Of a DNA stretch of 64,000 bases, positions 63,651 to 64,000 are shown piece after piece. The notes beneath the pieces are model-generated. The model was not told the origin of the DNA. It saw nothing but the letters and a program-made list of their open reading frames with translations, and searched no databases. Each line of letters opens with the position of its first letter. Position 1 is the first letter of the stretch. The translations under genes were made by a program, and so were the position numbers. This stretch comes from Carcharhinus amblyrhynchos (Eukaryota), in the NCBI GenBank assembly GCA_965287045.1, contig OZ336876.1, positions 82,460,001-82,524,000 of the forward strand. Reading direction: 5' to 3'.

Positions 63651-64000
63651 CTCAGTTTATCCCGCTCTCAATTGACCTGTGGCTCATGTTGCAATCCAGA
63701 ATTGATTACCTTTTTGATGTTCTGCATTTTAATTTGGAATGCAACTCCTCAAATTATCTTGAAGAATTAGGAAGGATGATTTGTCATGTTGGTCCCCACA
63801 GGTGCCATAACAACTGGACCCTCCACTTCCCACTTCTAGTTACTTAGAGATGTCTTTAACCCTGGCACTGGGCAGGCAATGCAATCATCGCAGTCCCTAT
63901 TATGGTCACAGAGAACTGATTTATATTGTCTCCTATCACTATCAGTTTTCTTTGCTCCACTTGAATAGCATCTTTCACCATGATGCCATGATCTGTCTGC

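Overview
Repeat-dense, gene-poor vertebrate genomic DNA, most likely from a cartilaginous fish (inferred from abundant CR1 LINEs, HE1/V-SINE-type and Deu-type SINEs, and Rex1 fragments). I can support no intact host protein-coding gene. Almost all listed ORFs are transposon-derived or spurious. Main contents: (i) a young, CpG-rich CR1 family in four copies plus many older CR1 and CR1/L2-like fragments; (ii) a decayed minus-strand Gypsy LTR retrotransposon (23398-30781) hosting five younger insertions; (iii) a second, pol-less LTR element; (iv) an isolated histone H3 pseudogene; (v) a ~495-bp near-perfect inverted duplication; (vi) a few candidate plus-strand exons. The most striking signal is a Penelope-like element (PLE) family: one older copy with a GIY-YIG C-terminus and pseudo-LTR, and four tiny (38-160 bp) insertions that break at the same internal position. 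Three of these have clear target-site duplications, two form head-to-head hairpins, and one carries an intact minimal hammerhead-ribozyme core. All identifications are by eye, without database searches, and boundaries of old repeats are approximate.
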